From a virus: a stretch of 64,000 nt of DNA. Shown here one piece after another: positions 29,498 to 40,221 of this stretch. Both the position numbers and the translations under genes were made by a program. Location: positions 32,001 to 96,000 of IMG/VR virus record IMGVR_UViG_3300037502_002729. One strand, given 5' to 3'. Under the pieces are notes generated by a model. It was not told the origin of the DNA and did no database searches. It worked only from the letters and a program-made list of their open reading frames with translations. Numbering within the stretch: the stretch's first letter is position 1; every line of letters starts with the position of its first letter.

Positions 29498-31354
29498 ATG
29501 GAGAGCAATAAAAATCAAAATTTAACAGTTTGGCAAAGGTTATCTGCAACTTTTGGTCCAAATTCATTATTAAGTCAAGATGTTCCAACATATAAGTTTG
29601 ACAAAAAAGAATTGTTAAGAACTCAAAATAAACTTGATTATGAAAGGGAACGTTTACAAGCACAACAATCATTCTACTTATCAAACCAATGGGCAAAAAT
29701 TGACAATCATTTATATACACAAGCAGTTTACTATGAACCAACAAGATTGGCCTCAGTTTATGATTTTGAATCAATGGAATTTACGCCAGAAATAGGTGCA
29801 GCATTGGATATATATGCAGAAGAGTCAACAACAACAGATGAAGATGGGCATATGTTGCAAATATATTCTGAATCAAAAAGAATAAAATCAGTATTGGCTG
29901 ACTTATTCAATAACATTTTGGATATAAATACATCATTACCAATGTGGACAAGAAATACTTGTAAGTTTGGTGATAATTTTGTCTTTTTAAAATTAGATCC
30001 TGAGAAAGGTATTGTTGGTTGTAATCAATTACCAAATATTGAGATTGAAAGATTAGAGCCAGGTAGTTCAGAAAAATCTCCAAATTATGGTGAAATGTCA
30101 TCAAGCAATGAAACATTGAAATTTAAGTGGAAGAATAAACAAATGGAATTCCAACCTTGGGAAATTGCACATTTTAGAATATTAGGTGATGATAGAAAAT
30201 TACCATATGGAACATCATTATTGGAAAAAGCAAGACGTATATGGAAACAACTTTTGTTGGCAGAAGATGCTATGTTGATTTATAGAACATCAAGAGCACC
30301 AGAAAGAAGGGTGTTTAAGGTGTTTGTTGGAAATATGGATGATAATGATGTTGAAGCATATGTACAACGTGTTGCAAATAAATTTAAAAGGGAACAAATT
30401 GTTGATGGTAAAACAGGAAATGTTGATATGAGATTTAATCAAATGGCTGTTGACCAAGATTATTTTGTTCCAGTTAGGGATCCAGGTCAAGTAAGTCCAA
30501 TTGAAACTTTACCAGGTGGAACTAATTTAGGTGAAGTTGCTGATATTGAATATATACAAAAGAAATTGGTAACAGCACTAAGAATTCCAAAAACATTTTT
30601 AGGGTTTGAAGATGTAGTTGGTGATGGTAAAACATTGTCATTACAAGATATTAGATTTGCAAGAACCATAAATAGAATACAAAAATGTATGATATCTGAA
30701 CTAAACAAGATTGCAATTATACATTTATTTTTGTTAGGGTTTGAAGATGAACTTTCAAATTTTACATTAGGTTTAACAAATCCATCAACTCAAGCAGATT
30801 TATTAAAAATTGATATATGGAAAGAAAAAATTGGTCTATATCAACAAGCAGTTGCTGATCCTGGAACAGGTATTGCCCCAACATCTACAACTTGGGCTAA
30901 AAAACATATTTTTGGTTGGTCAGATGAGGAAATTAGATTAGATTTACAACAACAAAGAATTGAGAGAGCAGCTGGTGAAGAATTAAAACAAACACCATTA
31001 ACTATAAAGAAAACTGGATTATTTGATAATATTGACAAATTATATGGTGCAGTTAGTGGTACAACAACTGGTACACCACCACCACCTCCACCCCCAGGCG
31101 GAATGGATATGGGTGGAATGGATTTGGGTGGAATGGATATGGGGGCACCTCCACCTCCTCCAGCACCAGAATTAGGTGGTGGAGAAGCACTACCACCACC
31201 TGAACCTGGATTGGCTCCAGAGTCAAGAATACGTAATTTGAATATTCTTCTTGAAAATAATACTATTGATAGTGGCGGTTATAAATCATTAGAAAAAAGT
31301 AGAAAATCTTTAGGTGTTATTGAGAAAGAATTAAAAAAGTTATTAAACTTATAA
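29498..31354 (+). CDS. Portal protein (T4 gp20-like)
   Basis: PYGTSLLE.AR..WKQL.L.EDAMLIYR.SRAPERRVF...DYFVP...IETLPGG..LGE..DIEY. Confidence 0.93.
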   Translation: MESNKNQNLTVWQRLSATFGPNSLLSQDVPTYKFDKKELLRTQNKLDYERERLQAQQSFYLSNQWAKIDNHLYTQAVYYEPTRLASVYDFESMEFTPEIGAALDIYAEESTTTDEDGHMLQIYSESKRIKSVLADLFNNILDINTSLPMWTRNTCKFGDNFVFLKLDPEKGIVGCNQLPNIEIERLEPGSSEKSPNYGEMSSSNETLKFKWKNKQMEFQPWEIAHFRILGDDRKLPYGTSLLEKARRIWKQLLLAEDAMLIYRTSRAPERRVFKVFVGNMDDNDVEAYVQRVANKFKREQIVDGKTGNVDMRFNQMAVDQDYFVPVRDPGQVSPIETLPGGTNLGEVADIEYIQKKLVTALRIPKTFLGFEDVVGDGKTLSLQDIRFARTINRIQKCMISELNKIAIIHLFLLGFEDELSNFTLGLTNPSTQADLLKIDIWKEKIGLYQQAVADPGTGIAPTSTTWAKKHIFGWSDEEIRLDLQQQRIERAAGEELKQTPLTIKKTGLFDNIDKLYGAVSGTTTGTPPPPPPPGGMDMGGMDLGGMDMGAPPPPPAPELGGGEALPPPEPGLAPESRIRNLNILLENNTIDSGGYKSLEKSRKSLGVIEKELKKLLNL

Positions 31355-31376
31355 TATTTATAAAAAAAAGAAAAAT

Positions 31377-32081
31377 ATGAAATTTGGCAAATTAAAAACA
31401 ACCATTGAGAATGATCTTTCAGAATCAATAAAAGATAGAAAGGTTTTTAAAGAAAATATTAAAAATTTTAAAAAGCATATATTAGGTGATAAAAATTTAT
31501 CCAAACTATATGTTCTATATGGTGATTTATCTAAACCTAGGGGTTTGAATGAAGTTGATGCAAAAAATTACTTGGATGAAGGTATTGATTGGGCAAAAAA
31601 GTTGATAAAAAAATCAAAAACACCATTGATATTAAATGGTTCAAATAACAATAATTATGAAGACATTGATAAATTGGTTTACGAAACAATCAATAATATT
31701 GATGAGCAGATTAAGGTTAAAAATAGAATATTGGAGACAATAAAAAAACCATTAGTTACTAATGAAAATATTATTAATATACCAATAAAATCTATGGTTA
31801 AGATTGCAAATAACAAAATTAGTGAGTATATAAATACTCTAAATGAGGAAACAAAAAAAGAAATATTAATACTTTTGAAAGAAGATAAAAATAAATTAAA
31901 CTTGGATTTTAATCAATTAAAAGAAGATGTTAGTAAAAAATTAAATGATTTATTGATTACTGAAAAGAATAGTGATGTTAGTTCAAAAATACTAAAAGCA
32001 TTAGAAAAAGTTAATTCTGATAAATTTGATATATTAAATTATTATGAATTAAAAACATTAAATAAGTCTTTAAATAGTTAA
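31377..32081 (+). CDS. Hypothetical head-module protein
   Basis: Between portal and protease; TATTTATA 31355-31362. Confidence 0.7.
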   Translation: MKFGKLKTTIENDLSESIKDRKVFKENIKNFKKHILGDKNLSKLYVLYGDLSKPRGLNEVDAKNYLDEGIDWAKKLIKKSKTPLILNGSNNNNYEDIDKLVYETINNIDEQIKVKNRILETIKKPLVTNENIINIPIKSMVKIANNKISEYINTLNEETKKEILILLKEDKNKLNLDFNQLKEDVSKKLNDLLITEKNSDVSSKILKALEKVNSDKFDILNYYELKTLNKSLNS

Positions 32082-32140
32082 TTATAATTTGATAATTATA
32101 TTGTTTTTATTTATATTTTGATATAAATAACAAACAATAC

Positions 32141-32581
32141 ATGAAAAATGGAAAAAAAGTTAAACTTAAATTATTTAATGAGTTAAAAATATTTTATGGG
32201 ACAATTGACCACATTGAACTAAAATCAATATATATCAATATTCAATCATGGATTAAACCAAAGAATGAAAATGATAATTGGAAAAAAATAATATGCACAC
32301 AATCAAGGGAAATTAAACATACAATATTAGATGCTAATGATTTGAATTTGTTTCATAAATCAACAATAGTTGATTTGGATGTTAGATATAGTGGTATTAA
32401 TTTAGATAAAAAATCATTTATGAACCTTGAAATAACCCTATTTGCTAAGAATGGGGTTTCTTTTAAATCCCCTGAATTAAAAGAATTTGTTAAAAAAATG
32501 ATTAGGCATATTTATGCAAAAAACTTATCAAAAAACAAATATTTTGATTTTTATTTAACAAAAAAAGAATTAACTGTTTAA
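32141..32581 (+). CDS. Hypothetical protein
   Basis: 146-aa ORF. Confidence 0.7.
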   Translation: MKNGKKVKLKLFNELKIFYGTIDHIELKSIYINIQSWIKPKNENDNWKKIICTQSREIKHTILDANDLNLFHKSTIVDLDVRYSGINLDKKSFMNLEITLFAKNGVSFKSPELKEFVKKMIRHIYAKNLSKNKYFDFYLTKKELTV

Positions 32582-32618
32582 AATAAAATATTTTAATATT
32601 TATATATTAAAATATAAT

Positions 32619-33320
32619 ATGAAAGATTTAAGAATTCTTGAAGCCAATGAAATAGGGCATGGTATTCTAATTGAAATGGATGCTGGGTGGGTTAATCCAA
32701 AAGATGAGTTGAACCTTGATTTAATAAGAGAAAATAAGAAATTAGATTATAGCAAACCTTTTGAGTTTTATGCTGTTTTGCAAAAACATGATGTTCCAAA
32801 TAGGAATGGCAGAACATATCCTGAAAAGATATTAAAGAGGGAAGCAGAAAGATATAAAAAGATTATTGAAAAAGGTTTATCAACATCAGAATTAAACCAC
32901 CCAGAATCATCCCTTATTGACTTGGATAGGGTTTCCCATTTAATTACAGATGTTTGGTGGGATAGCAATATCCTAATGGGGAAGTTATTGTTATTGACCT
33001 CTCCTGCCTTCCATGAGAGGGGCATAGTTTCAACCAAAGGAGATATTGCAGCAAACCTAATGAGGCAAGGAGTAAGCCTTGGAATTAGTTCTAGGGGGGT
33101 TGGATCATTAAAGAAAGTTGGGGAGAAAAATGAGGTTCAAGATGACTTTGAACTTATTTGTTTTGATTTGGTTTCATCACCATCAACGCCAGGGGCATAT
33201 CTATTCTCAAACAAGGAAGATAGACATAAGTATGATGAAAAATTGGAAGAGGAAAAGAAAATTGAACCAGTTAGTAATGTATTAAAATTAATGTCTAAAC
33301 TTGATAGTTATTTAAAATAA
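32619..33320 (+). CDS. Prohead core protease (T4 gp21-like)
   Basis: NRNGRTYP, ELNHP, VSH, GISSRGVGS, DLVSSPSTPGA. Confidence 0.93.
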   Translation: MKDLRILEANEIGHGILIEMDAGWVNPKDELNLDLIRENKKLDYSKPFEFYAVLQKHDVPNRNGRTYPEKILKREAERYKKIIEKGLSTSELNHPESSLIDLDRVSHLITDVWWDSNILMGKLLLLTSPAFHERGIVSTKGDIAANLMRQGVSLGISSRGVGSLKKVGEKNEVQDDFELICFDLVSSPSTPGAYLFSNKEDRHKYDEKLEEEKKIEPVSNVLKLMSKLDSYLK

Positions 33321-33333
33321 AATTTAAAATAAA

Positions 33334-34113
33334 ATGCAAATAGGACAATTAAAAAGAATAATTGATTTCTTAGAAAATAAAGAAGGAAAAACACCTAAAG
33401 ACAAAGGTAATTTAAGATGGAAAATGGTATTTAATGAACCATTTACAAAAAAAGAATTAAATATTAAAGATGATTTGTATTTAAATTTTTCAAATATAAG
33501 GTCATTACCAGAAGGATTTAAAGTTTGGGGTGATATAAATTTGGCTAAATCCCATATAGAATCATTACCAGAAGGATTGAAAGTTGGGGGTAGTTTGCGT
33601 TTGGGTTATACAAATATTGCCTCACTCCCAAAAGGTTTGAAAGTTGGGGGTGATTTGGAATTGCTTGAAACAAACATAACTTCACTCCCAGAAGATTTGA
33701 AATTTGGTGGTAATTTGGATTTATCAGGCTCTAAAATAATGTCATTACCAGATAATTTATATATTAGGGGTAATTTAGGTTTAGTTAGATGTGAAAATTT
33801 AACTTCATTACCAAATGGATTAAAAGTTGCTGGTAATTTGAAATTAACCTTTGCAAAAATAAATTCATTACCATATGATTTACAAGTTGGTAATTATTTG
33901 GATTTATCATATACTAACATAACCTCATTACCACAAGGCTTGAAAGTTGGAGGTAGATTCAATGTGTCAAATACAAATATTGAATCCTTACCAAAAGGAT
34001 TGAAAGTTGGTGAAAATTTACTTATTTACAGGTCAAATTTGAAAAAATATACTGATGAAGAATTAAGAGAAATGGTTAAACCAGGTTTTATAAAAGGAGA
34101 AATATTTAGATAA
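33334..34113 (+). CDS. Capped variable-LRR family protein (array B, 9 repeats)
   Basis: LKRIIDFLE N-cap; 9 LP units; KYTDEELREMVKPGFIKGEIFR. Confidence 0.88.
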   Translation: MQIGQLKRIIDFLENKEGKTPKDKGNLRWKMVFNEPFTKKELNIKDDLYLNFSNIRSLPEGFKVWGDINLAKSHIESLPEGLKVGGSLRLGYTNIASLPKGLKVGGDLELLETNITSLPEDLKFGGNLDLSGSKIMSLPDNLYIRGNLGLVRCENLTSLPNGLKVAGNLKLTFAKINSLPYDLQVGNYLDLSYTNITSLPQGLKVGGRFNVSNTNIESLPKGLKVGENLLIYRSNLKKYTDEELREMVKPGFIKGEIFR

Positions 34114-34165
34114 TGAATTAAGAGAAATGGTAAAACCAGATGGTTATGTAGGTAAAATATATTAA
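34112..34165 (+). pseudogene. Orphan C-cap remnant of a deleted LRR gene
   Basis: Reads NELREMVKPDGYVGKIY* with no N-cap or repeats. Confidence 0.75.
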
Positions 34166-34166
34166 A

Positions 34167-34757
34167 ATGGAAAAAGAAACACTAAAAAGAATATTTCAAT
34201 TCCTTGAAGAAAAGGAAGAACATAGTGCACCATTATTATGGAAACATAAAAATAATATGCAAATAACAAAAGAAGAGTTGAATTTTAAAGGTGACTTACA
34301 TTTAGAAAATTCACCAATAACCTCCTTGCCAGATGGGTTGAAAGTTGAGGGTGATTTGATGTTAACCTTTTCAAAAATAGCCTCATTACCAGATGATTTG
34401 CAAGTTGGGGGTGATTTAAATATAATTGGTTGTGAAGCCATAACCTCATTACCAAAAGGATTAAAAGTTGGCAAAGGCATACAATTATATGCAAAAAGAA
34501 TAGTTTCCATTGGGGAAGGATTATTTGTTAATGGAGATTTAAATTTATTTAATAGTCAAATAAAATCATTACCCCAAGGTGTTAAAATTGTGGGGGAGTT
34601 AGTTTTATCCTTTACAAAAATAGAAACATTACCAAAAGGTTTGATAGTTAAAGGTGGTTTGGAGATTTCTGGATCACCATTAGAAAAATATTCAAATAGA
34701 CAATTAAGAAAAATGGTTGAACCTGGATTTATAAATGGTCCAATAGTTAGAGATTAG
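34167..34757 (+). CDS. Capped variable-LRR family protein (array B, 6 repeats)
   Basis: Same caps and repeat. Confidence 0.88.
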   Translation: MEKETLKRIFQFLEEKEEHSAPLLWKHKNNMQITKEELNFKGDLHLENSPITSLPDGLKVEGDLMLTFSKIASLPDDLQVGGDLNIIGCEAITSLPKGLKVGKGIQLYAKRIVSIGEGLFVNGDLNLFNSQIKSLPQGVKIVGELVLSFTKIETLPKGLIVKGGLEISGSPLEKYSNRQLRKMVEPGFINGPIVRD

Positions 34758-34760
34758 ATA

Positions 34761-35234
34761 ATGGAAAAAGAGAAGTTAAAAAGAATATTTGAGTTCCTTG
34801 AAGATAAGGAAAATCTAAACCCCCCATTCTTGTGGAAATGGAAAAATAATATACCATTAATAGAAGAAGATTCAAATGTTAAAGGTGATTTGAATTTAGC
34901 ATTTTCAAAAATAAGATTTTTACCAGAAGGTTTGAAAGTTGCTGGTGATTTGGATTTGCAAGATTCATATGTGAAATCATTACCAAAAGGATTGGAAGTT
35001 GGTGGTGTTTTGAATTTAATAGGTACTTATATGACAACATTACCAGAAGGATTGAAAGTTGGGGGTAGTTTGAATATAGCACATTCAACTATATTATCAC
35101 TACCAAAAGGATTGGAAGTTGGAGGTGATTTATATATTAATGGCACAAAATTAACAAAATATACAAAAAACCAATTAAGAGAAATGGTTAAACCTGGATT
35201 TATAAAAGGAAAAATATATACAGGATATGAATAA
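34761..35234 (+). CDS. Capped variable-LRR family protein (array B, 4 repeats)
   Basis: Same caps and repeat. Confidence 0.88.
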   Translation: MEKEKLKRIFEFLEDKENLNPPFLWKWKNNIPLIEEDSNVKGDLNLAFSKIRFLPEGLKVAGDLDLQDSYVKSLPKGLEVGGVLNLIGTYMTTLPEGLKVGGSLNIAHSTILSLPKGLEVGGDLYINGTKLTKYTKNQLREMVKPGFIKGKIYTGYE

Positions 35235-35886
35235 AGAATCTCTAAAAAGGATATTTGATTTCCTTGAAGCCCAAGAGAATAAAACACCCAATTCCAAAGG
35301 AAACCTTAGATGGAAATTAATTTTCAATGAACCATTAACAGAAGAAGAATTGACTGTTGATGGTGATTTGAATTTAAATAATACACCCTTAACCTCATTA
35401 CCAAAAGGATTAAAAGTTAGGGGTTATTTGAGTTTATCAAACACAAAAATAACCTCATTACCAGAAGATTTGAAAGTTGTTGGTAGTCTATATTTGGATC
35501 ATAGCTTTATAAAATCATTACCAAAGGGATTAAAATTTGGGGGTGATTTTCATTTAGCACATTCTAAAATAACCTCATTACCAGAAGGATTGAAAGTTAA
35601 TCATAGCTTGTATTTAAATGATTGTGAAGATTTAATCTCACTACCAAAAGGATTAAAAGTTGGTGGTTGGTTGAAATTACCAAATACAAAGATAACCTCA
35701 TTACCAGAAGACTTGGAGGTTGGTGGATCTTTGAATTTACGTTTTTGCACAGAATTAACTTCATTACCAAAAGGATTGAAAGTTGGTGGTGATTTGTATA
35801 TTCGTGGAGCGTATTTATCAAAATATACAGATGAAGAATTAAGAGAAATGATTAAACCTGGATTTATAAAAGGAGAAATATATTGA
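35227..35886 (+). CDS. Capped variable-LRR family protein (array B, 7 repeats)
   Basis: Same caps and repeat. Confidence 0.88.
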   Translation: MNKESLKRIFDFLEAQENKTPNSKGNLRWKLIFNEPLTEEELTVDGDLNLNNTPLTSLPKGLKVRGYLSLSNTKITSLPEDLKVVGSLYLDHSFIKSLPKGLKFGGDFHLAHSKITSLPEGLKVNHSLYLNDCEDLISLPKGLKVGGWLKLPNTKITSLPEDLEVGGSLNLRFCTELTSLPKGLKVGGDLYIRGAYLSKYTDEELREMIKPGFIKGEIY

Positions 35887-35888
35887 TA

Positions 35889-36353
35889 ATGGAAAAAGAG
35901 AAGTTAAAAAGAATATTTGAGTTTCTTGAAGAGAAGGGAGAACATAGATTACCACTTAAATGGAAATTAATAAATAATATATCATTAATAGAAGATGATT
36001 TAAATGTTAAAGGTGATTTAGACTTTTCATATTTAGATATAGCCTCATTACCAGAAGGATTGAAAGTTGTAGGTGATTTATCTTTAAGAGGTTCAAAAAT
36101 AATCTCACTACCAGAAGGATTAGAAGTTGGTGGTGATTTGATGTTATATAAATCAGCAATTGAATCATTGCCAAAAGATTTGATAGTTGGGGGTGGTTTG
36201 AGTGTAGCATATTCAAGTATATTCTCACTACCAAAAGGATTGGAAGTTGGAGGTGATTTATATATTCATGGAACAGATTTAACAAAATATACAAAACGAC
36301 AATTAAGAGAAATGATAAAACCAGGTTTTATAAAAGGTAGAATATATGACTAA
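35889..36353 (+). CDS. Capped variable-LRR family protein (array B, 4 repeats)
   Basis: Likely start MEKEK at 35889. Confidence 0.88.
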   Translation: MEKEKLKRIFEFLEEKGEHRLPLKWKLINNISLIEDDLNVKGDLDFSYLDIASLPEGLKVVGDLSLRGSKIISLPEGLEVGGDLMLYKSAIESLPKDLIVGGGLSVAYSSIFSLPKGLEVGGDLYIHGTDLTKYTKRQLREMIKPGFIKGRIYD

Positions 36354-36436
36354 CAGAAATACAAAAACTAAAAATAATATTTGATTTAAACTAAAAAAAT
36401 AACTATATTTACACAAACAAATAAAAAACAATACCT

Positions 36437-36646
36437 ATGGATGAAAAATTCTTTGTTGCAAAACTAACTTTTAATTTACCAGATGAAAACACTGGCAAAT
36501 TAAAAAAAATAAGAGAAGAAAAATTGGTGAAGGGTTATTCTGTAACAGATGTGGAAGCCAAAATAACTGAAAAGTATCAAAATTTCACACAAGAATGGAG
36601 AATAACTGCTGTGTCTGAATCAAAAATTGATGAAGTTTTCCAATAA
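36437..36646 (+). CDS. Small protein resembling DUF4494 family
   Basis: FFVAK.......GK.KK..E..LV...SVT..EA.......I..V.ESKIDEV pattern recalled from Bacteroidota DUF4494. Confidence 0.6.
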   Translation: MDEKFFVAKLTFNLPDENTGKLKKIREEKLVKGYSVTDVEAKITEKYQNFTQEWRITAVSESKIDEVFQ

Positions 36647-36667
36647 AAACTAATTGTTTTTCCTTTT

Positions 36668-36699
36668 AAACCCCTAGCATTTTATGTTGGGGGTTTTTT
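36668..36699 (+). terminator. Intrinsic terminator
   Basis: AAACCCCTAGCA-loop-TGTTGGGGGTTTTTT. Confidence 0.75.
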
Positions 36700-36774
36700 G
36701 TTTTTAAAAAAAAATACTACTAATTAGTATTTTTTTGCATTTGCATATATTTATAATAAAAATAAATAAAAATT

Positions 36775-38370
36775 ATGCAACCTGAAAAAAATTTAGTAGA
36801 AGAAGCACTAATTCAAATGAAACAAATTGAAGATGTGCTTTCAGAAAATGCAAAAGGAATACTTTCTTCAACAATGAAGGAAGAAATCGAAGAATTGGTT
36901 AAGGAATCTTTAAATGAGCAAGAAGATATTGAAGATGATGACACTAATTTAGATATGGAAGATGATGTAGAAGATATGGAGGATGAAATGGATATAGAGG
37001 ATGAAGATGAACTAGATATAGAGGATGAGGATGAAATGGATATGGAAGATGACAATGATGTCATTGACATGAGGGGATCTTCAGAACAAGAATTATTAAA
37101 AGTATTTAAAGCAATGGATGATGAAGATGGTATTATTGTTAGTAAAGATGGTGATGACATTTCTTTAACTGATGATGATAATGAATATTTAATAAGATTG
37201 GGTGAACAAATAAGTGAGTTTGGTGATGAGGATTATGAAGATGAGGATGAAATGGAAATGGATTTTGAAGATGAGGATGAAATGGAAATGGATTTTGAAG
37301 ATGAGGATGAAATGGATATGGGTTTTGAAGATGAAATGGAAATGGATGGTGATTATGATGATGAAATGGGTGAAATGTATGAAGATGACACTCAATCAAC
37401 CATTGATAAAATTTTTGAAAGAACTAATACCAAAAAATCTAATATCATTTATGAAATTGAAGTAGATGAGCAAATTGATTTGGATGATGAAGATGAGTTT
37501 GATATGGAAGATGATATGGATATGGAAAATGATATGGATATGGAAGATGATTTAAACAACATTGAAGTTGATTGTGATAATTTTTCAGTTAGTGATTTCA
37601 TAAAAGAACATGGAATTAAAGACGCTTCAAAAATATTAAAAGTATTAGAAAATAATGGATGCGTAGCAAGTAAAGGTGAAACATCAGAAGATTATAATTA
37701 TTTAGGTGAGGCTAAAAAGGCTTCCAAATTTAAGTATAATATGCCTAAAAATGGTTTTAATGAAAAAATGAAAGAAGGTCCTAAAAAAATGGGGACAGGA
37801 AAAGCTAAGTTTAACTATGATAAATCTGCTGCAAATGTTGATGGTAAGATGAAAAAAGTTAATACTGGTAAAAAACAAGAAACCAAAGAAGCATCAAGAA
37901 CTTATGGTATGGGAAGCAAAGCAGGTAGAGGCCTTAGAAAAGGTATAACACCAAATAGAAACATTACATATGAATCCCTAGAAGCAGAAATTTCTCAATT
38001 AAAACAAAAAAATAATGAATATAAAAAATCATTAAATGTATTTAGGGATAAATTAAATGAAGTTGCTGTGTTTAATGCAAATTTAGCATATGCAACAAGA
38101 TTGTTCACTGAACACTCAACAACTAAAAAAGAAAAAATAAACATTTTGAGACGTTTTGATAATGTTCAATCACTACAAGAATCAAAACAATTGTTTAATG
38201 CAATAAATAGTGAATTGTCAAAAGAAACAAATACGTCTTTAAATGAGTCTGTTAATCGCAAAATTTCAAATGTTGCATCAACAGGTTCATCTGCTAACTT
38301 GATTGAATCCAAGACTTATGAAAATCCTCAATTTTTGAGAATGAAAGATTTAATGGGTAAATTAGGTTAA
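36775..38370 (+). CDS. Prohead scaffold/core protein (gp22-like position)
   Basis: Directly upstream of MCP; very acidic D/E/M repeats, coiled-coil C-term, many L/I-x-E sites. Confidence 0.75.
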   Translation: MQPEKNLVEEALIQMKQIEDVLSENAKGILSSTMKEEIEELVKESLNEQEDIEDDDTNLDMEDDVEDMEDEMDIEDEDELDIEDEDEMDMEDDNDVIDMRGSSEQELLKVFKAMDDEDGIIVSKDGDDISLTDDDNEYLIRLGEQISEFGDEDYEDEDEMEMDFEDEDEMEMDFEDEDEMDMGFEDEMEMDGDYDDEMGEMYEDDTQSTIDKIFERTNTKKSNIIYEIEVDEQIDLDDEDEFDMEDDMDMENDMDMEDDLNNIEVDCDNFSVSDFIKEHGIKDASKILKVLENNGCVASKGETSEDYNYLGEAKKASKFKYNMPKNGFNEKMKEGPKKMGTGKAKFNYDKSAANVDGKMKKVNTGKKQETKEASRTYGMGSKAGRGLRKGITPNRNITYESLEAEISQLKQKNNEYKKSLNVFRDKLNEVAVFNANLAYATRLFTEHSTTKKEKINILRRFDNVQSLQESKQLFNAINSELSKETNTSLNESVNRKISNVASTGSSANLIESKTYENPQFLRMKDLMGKLG

Positions 38371-38397
38371 AAAATAAATAAAAAAATAAATAAAAAA

Positions 38398-40170
38398 ATG
38401 GGAGCATTATTAGAATCAGGTCTTGTTGGTAATATTGGGTTAAAACACCTAAAAGTTATCAAAGAAGATACTATTAACAAATGGAATAAATTAGGATTCC
38501 TTGAAGGTCTTAAAGGCCACCTAAAAGAGAATGTTGCACAGTTGTATGAAAACCAAGCATCATATCTTATCAATGAAGCTGCTAGTACATCTGATACTGG
38601 TGCATTTGAAACAGTTGTTTTCCCAATTGTGAGGAGAGTATTCTCTAAATTATTGGCTAATGATATTGTTTCTGTACAAGCAATGAACTTACCTATTGGT
38701 AAATTGTTCTTCTTTGTGCCACAAATTCAAGAATATAATGGTACAGAGCATTGGGCACCTTATGGTTCACCAAATGCTGTAGATGGTCAAACTCCAAGTA
38801 CTGGTTATACATCAACAGCAAAAAATCTATATGATAGATTTTATGAGGGTACTGAGCCAGGTTTAAATCCAGAAGGACTTTATGATTATTCAAGAGGTCA
38901 ATATAGTGAAATAACTGCAAGTGCAACAACTGTTATATGGAGTGATGGTCAATTAATCCCAGGTGAATATTCTGGTAATAATAGAAAAGTTTTATTAGTT
39001 ATGTCAGGTTTTTCTAGTGATGGTGCTGGAAAATTGATTGGACCCGAAGGTCAACCAATGGATACAGAAACATTCTTAGCTAGTTTACAAGTGTTAGGTG
39101 TTACAGGAAATGCAACAACATCAGCTAATACATCAAATCCATATTTATTTAGAGTTGTTACTCAAAAATATGGAAAAGGTATTGTTCAATATGGTGCAGA
39201 TAATACATTAGCTTTCCCTGGTTCTAAAACAGCTGGTGGAACATTCTATGATGTTTGTGATTCTGTTGGTCATATATACTTAGAAGTTGATTTACAAGTA
39301 CCAGTTGAAATTGGTCAAACTTCACTTGATGGTTATACTGGTTCAACAATTACATCAACAACTGCTGCAGGTAATGCTTTTGTTACAAAATATAAAATTT
39401 ATAAGAATTTAGAATTTGAAGATAAAATTGGTGAGGTTTCTTTTGATTTACAATCTGTTACAGTTTCTGTGACTGAAAGAAAATTAAGAGCTCAATGGTC
39501 ACCAGAAATGGCACAAGATGTTGCTGCATTCCACAATATTGATGCTGAAGCAGAATTAACTGCTTTATTGTCAGAGCAAATTGCAGCTGAAGTTGATAGA
39601 GAAATTCTTCGTGATCTTAGAAAAGGTGCTGCTTGGAACTTACGTTGGGATTATAATGGATGGAGAAAACTTGGTTCTGCTGCAATTCCTTATACTCAAA
39701 AAGATTGGAATCAAACATTGATTACAACAATCAACCAAGTATCAGCACAAATTCACAAATCAACACTAAGAGGTGGTGCAAACTGGATTGTTGTTTCTTC
39801 TGAAGTAAGTGCAGTTTTTGATGATTTGGAATACTTCCACGTATCAAATGCTTCACCAGAGCAAGACCAATACAATATGGGTATTGAAAGAGTTGGTACA
39901 TTAGCTGGTCGTTACCAAGTGTATCGTGATCCTTACTTCCCAGCAAACCAAATTTTGATGGGACACAAAGGAACATCTTTACTTGACACAGGTTATATCT
40001 ATGCGCCTTATGTACCTCTACAATTAACTCCAACAATGTATAACCCATTCAACTTTACACCAATTAAAGGTATAATGACAAGATATGCTAAAAAGATGGT
40101 TAATAACCGTTTCTATGGCCGTATCACAGTTGATGGTGTTAGAACATTTGACTTAAGAGAGTTAAGATAA
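38398..40170 (+). CDS. Major capsid protein (T4 gp23-like)
   Basis: FPIVRRVF, VSVQAM..P.G, RKLRAQWSPEMAQD..A.H.IDAEAEL, YAPYVPL, F.P.KGIMTRY; probable maturation site LINE/A. Confidence 0.96.
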   Translation: MGALLESGLVGNIGLKHLKVIKEDTINKWNKLGFLEGLKGHLKENVAQLYENQASYLINEAASTSDTGAFETVVFPIVRRVFSKLLANDIVSVQAMNLPIGKLFFFVPQIQEYNGTEHWAPYGSPNAVDGQTPSTGYTSTAKNLYDRFYEGTEPGLNPEGLYDYSRGQYSEITASATTVIWSDGQLIPGEYSGNNRKVLLVMSGFSSDGAGKLIGPEGQPMDTETFLASLQVLGVTGNATTSANTSNPYLFRVVTQKYGKGIVQYGADNTLAFPGSKTAGGTFYDVCDSVGHIYLEVDLQVPVEIGQTSLDGYTGSTITSTTAAGNAFVTKYKIYKNLEFEDKIGEVSFDLQSVTVSVTERKLRAQWSPEMAQDVAAFHNIDAEAELTALLSEQIAAEVDREILRDLRKGAAWNLRWDYNGWRKLGSAAIPYTQKDWNQTLITTINQVSAQIHKSTLRGGANWIVVSSEVSAVFDDLEYFHVSNASPEQDQYNMGIERVGTLAGRYQVYRDPYFPANQILMGHKGTSLLDTGYIYAPYVPLQLTPTMYNPFNFTPIKGIMTRYAKKMVNNRFYGRITVDGVRTFDLRELR

Positions 40171-40221
40171 TTAAAATGTCCACTTTTTTTACTAAAAAAC
40201 TGGACATTTTAAAGGATAATA

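Noticed and set aside
27735-40170. Introns or inteins in terminase, portal or capsid genes
   Set aside because: ORFs are continuous, of expected size, and show no intein terminal or homing-endonuclease motifs.
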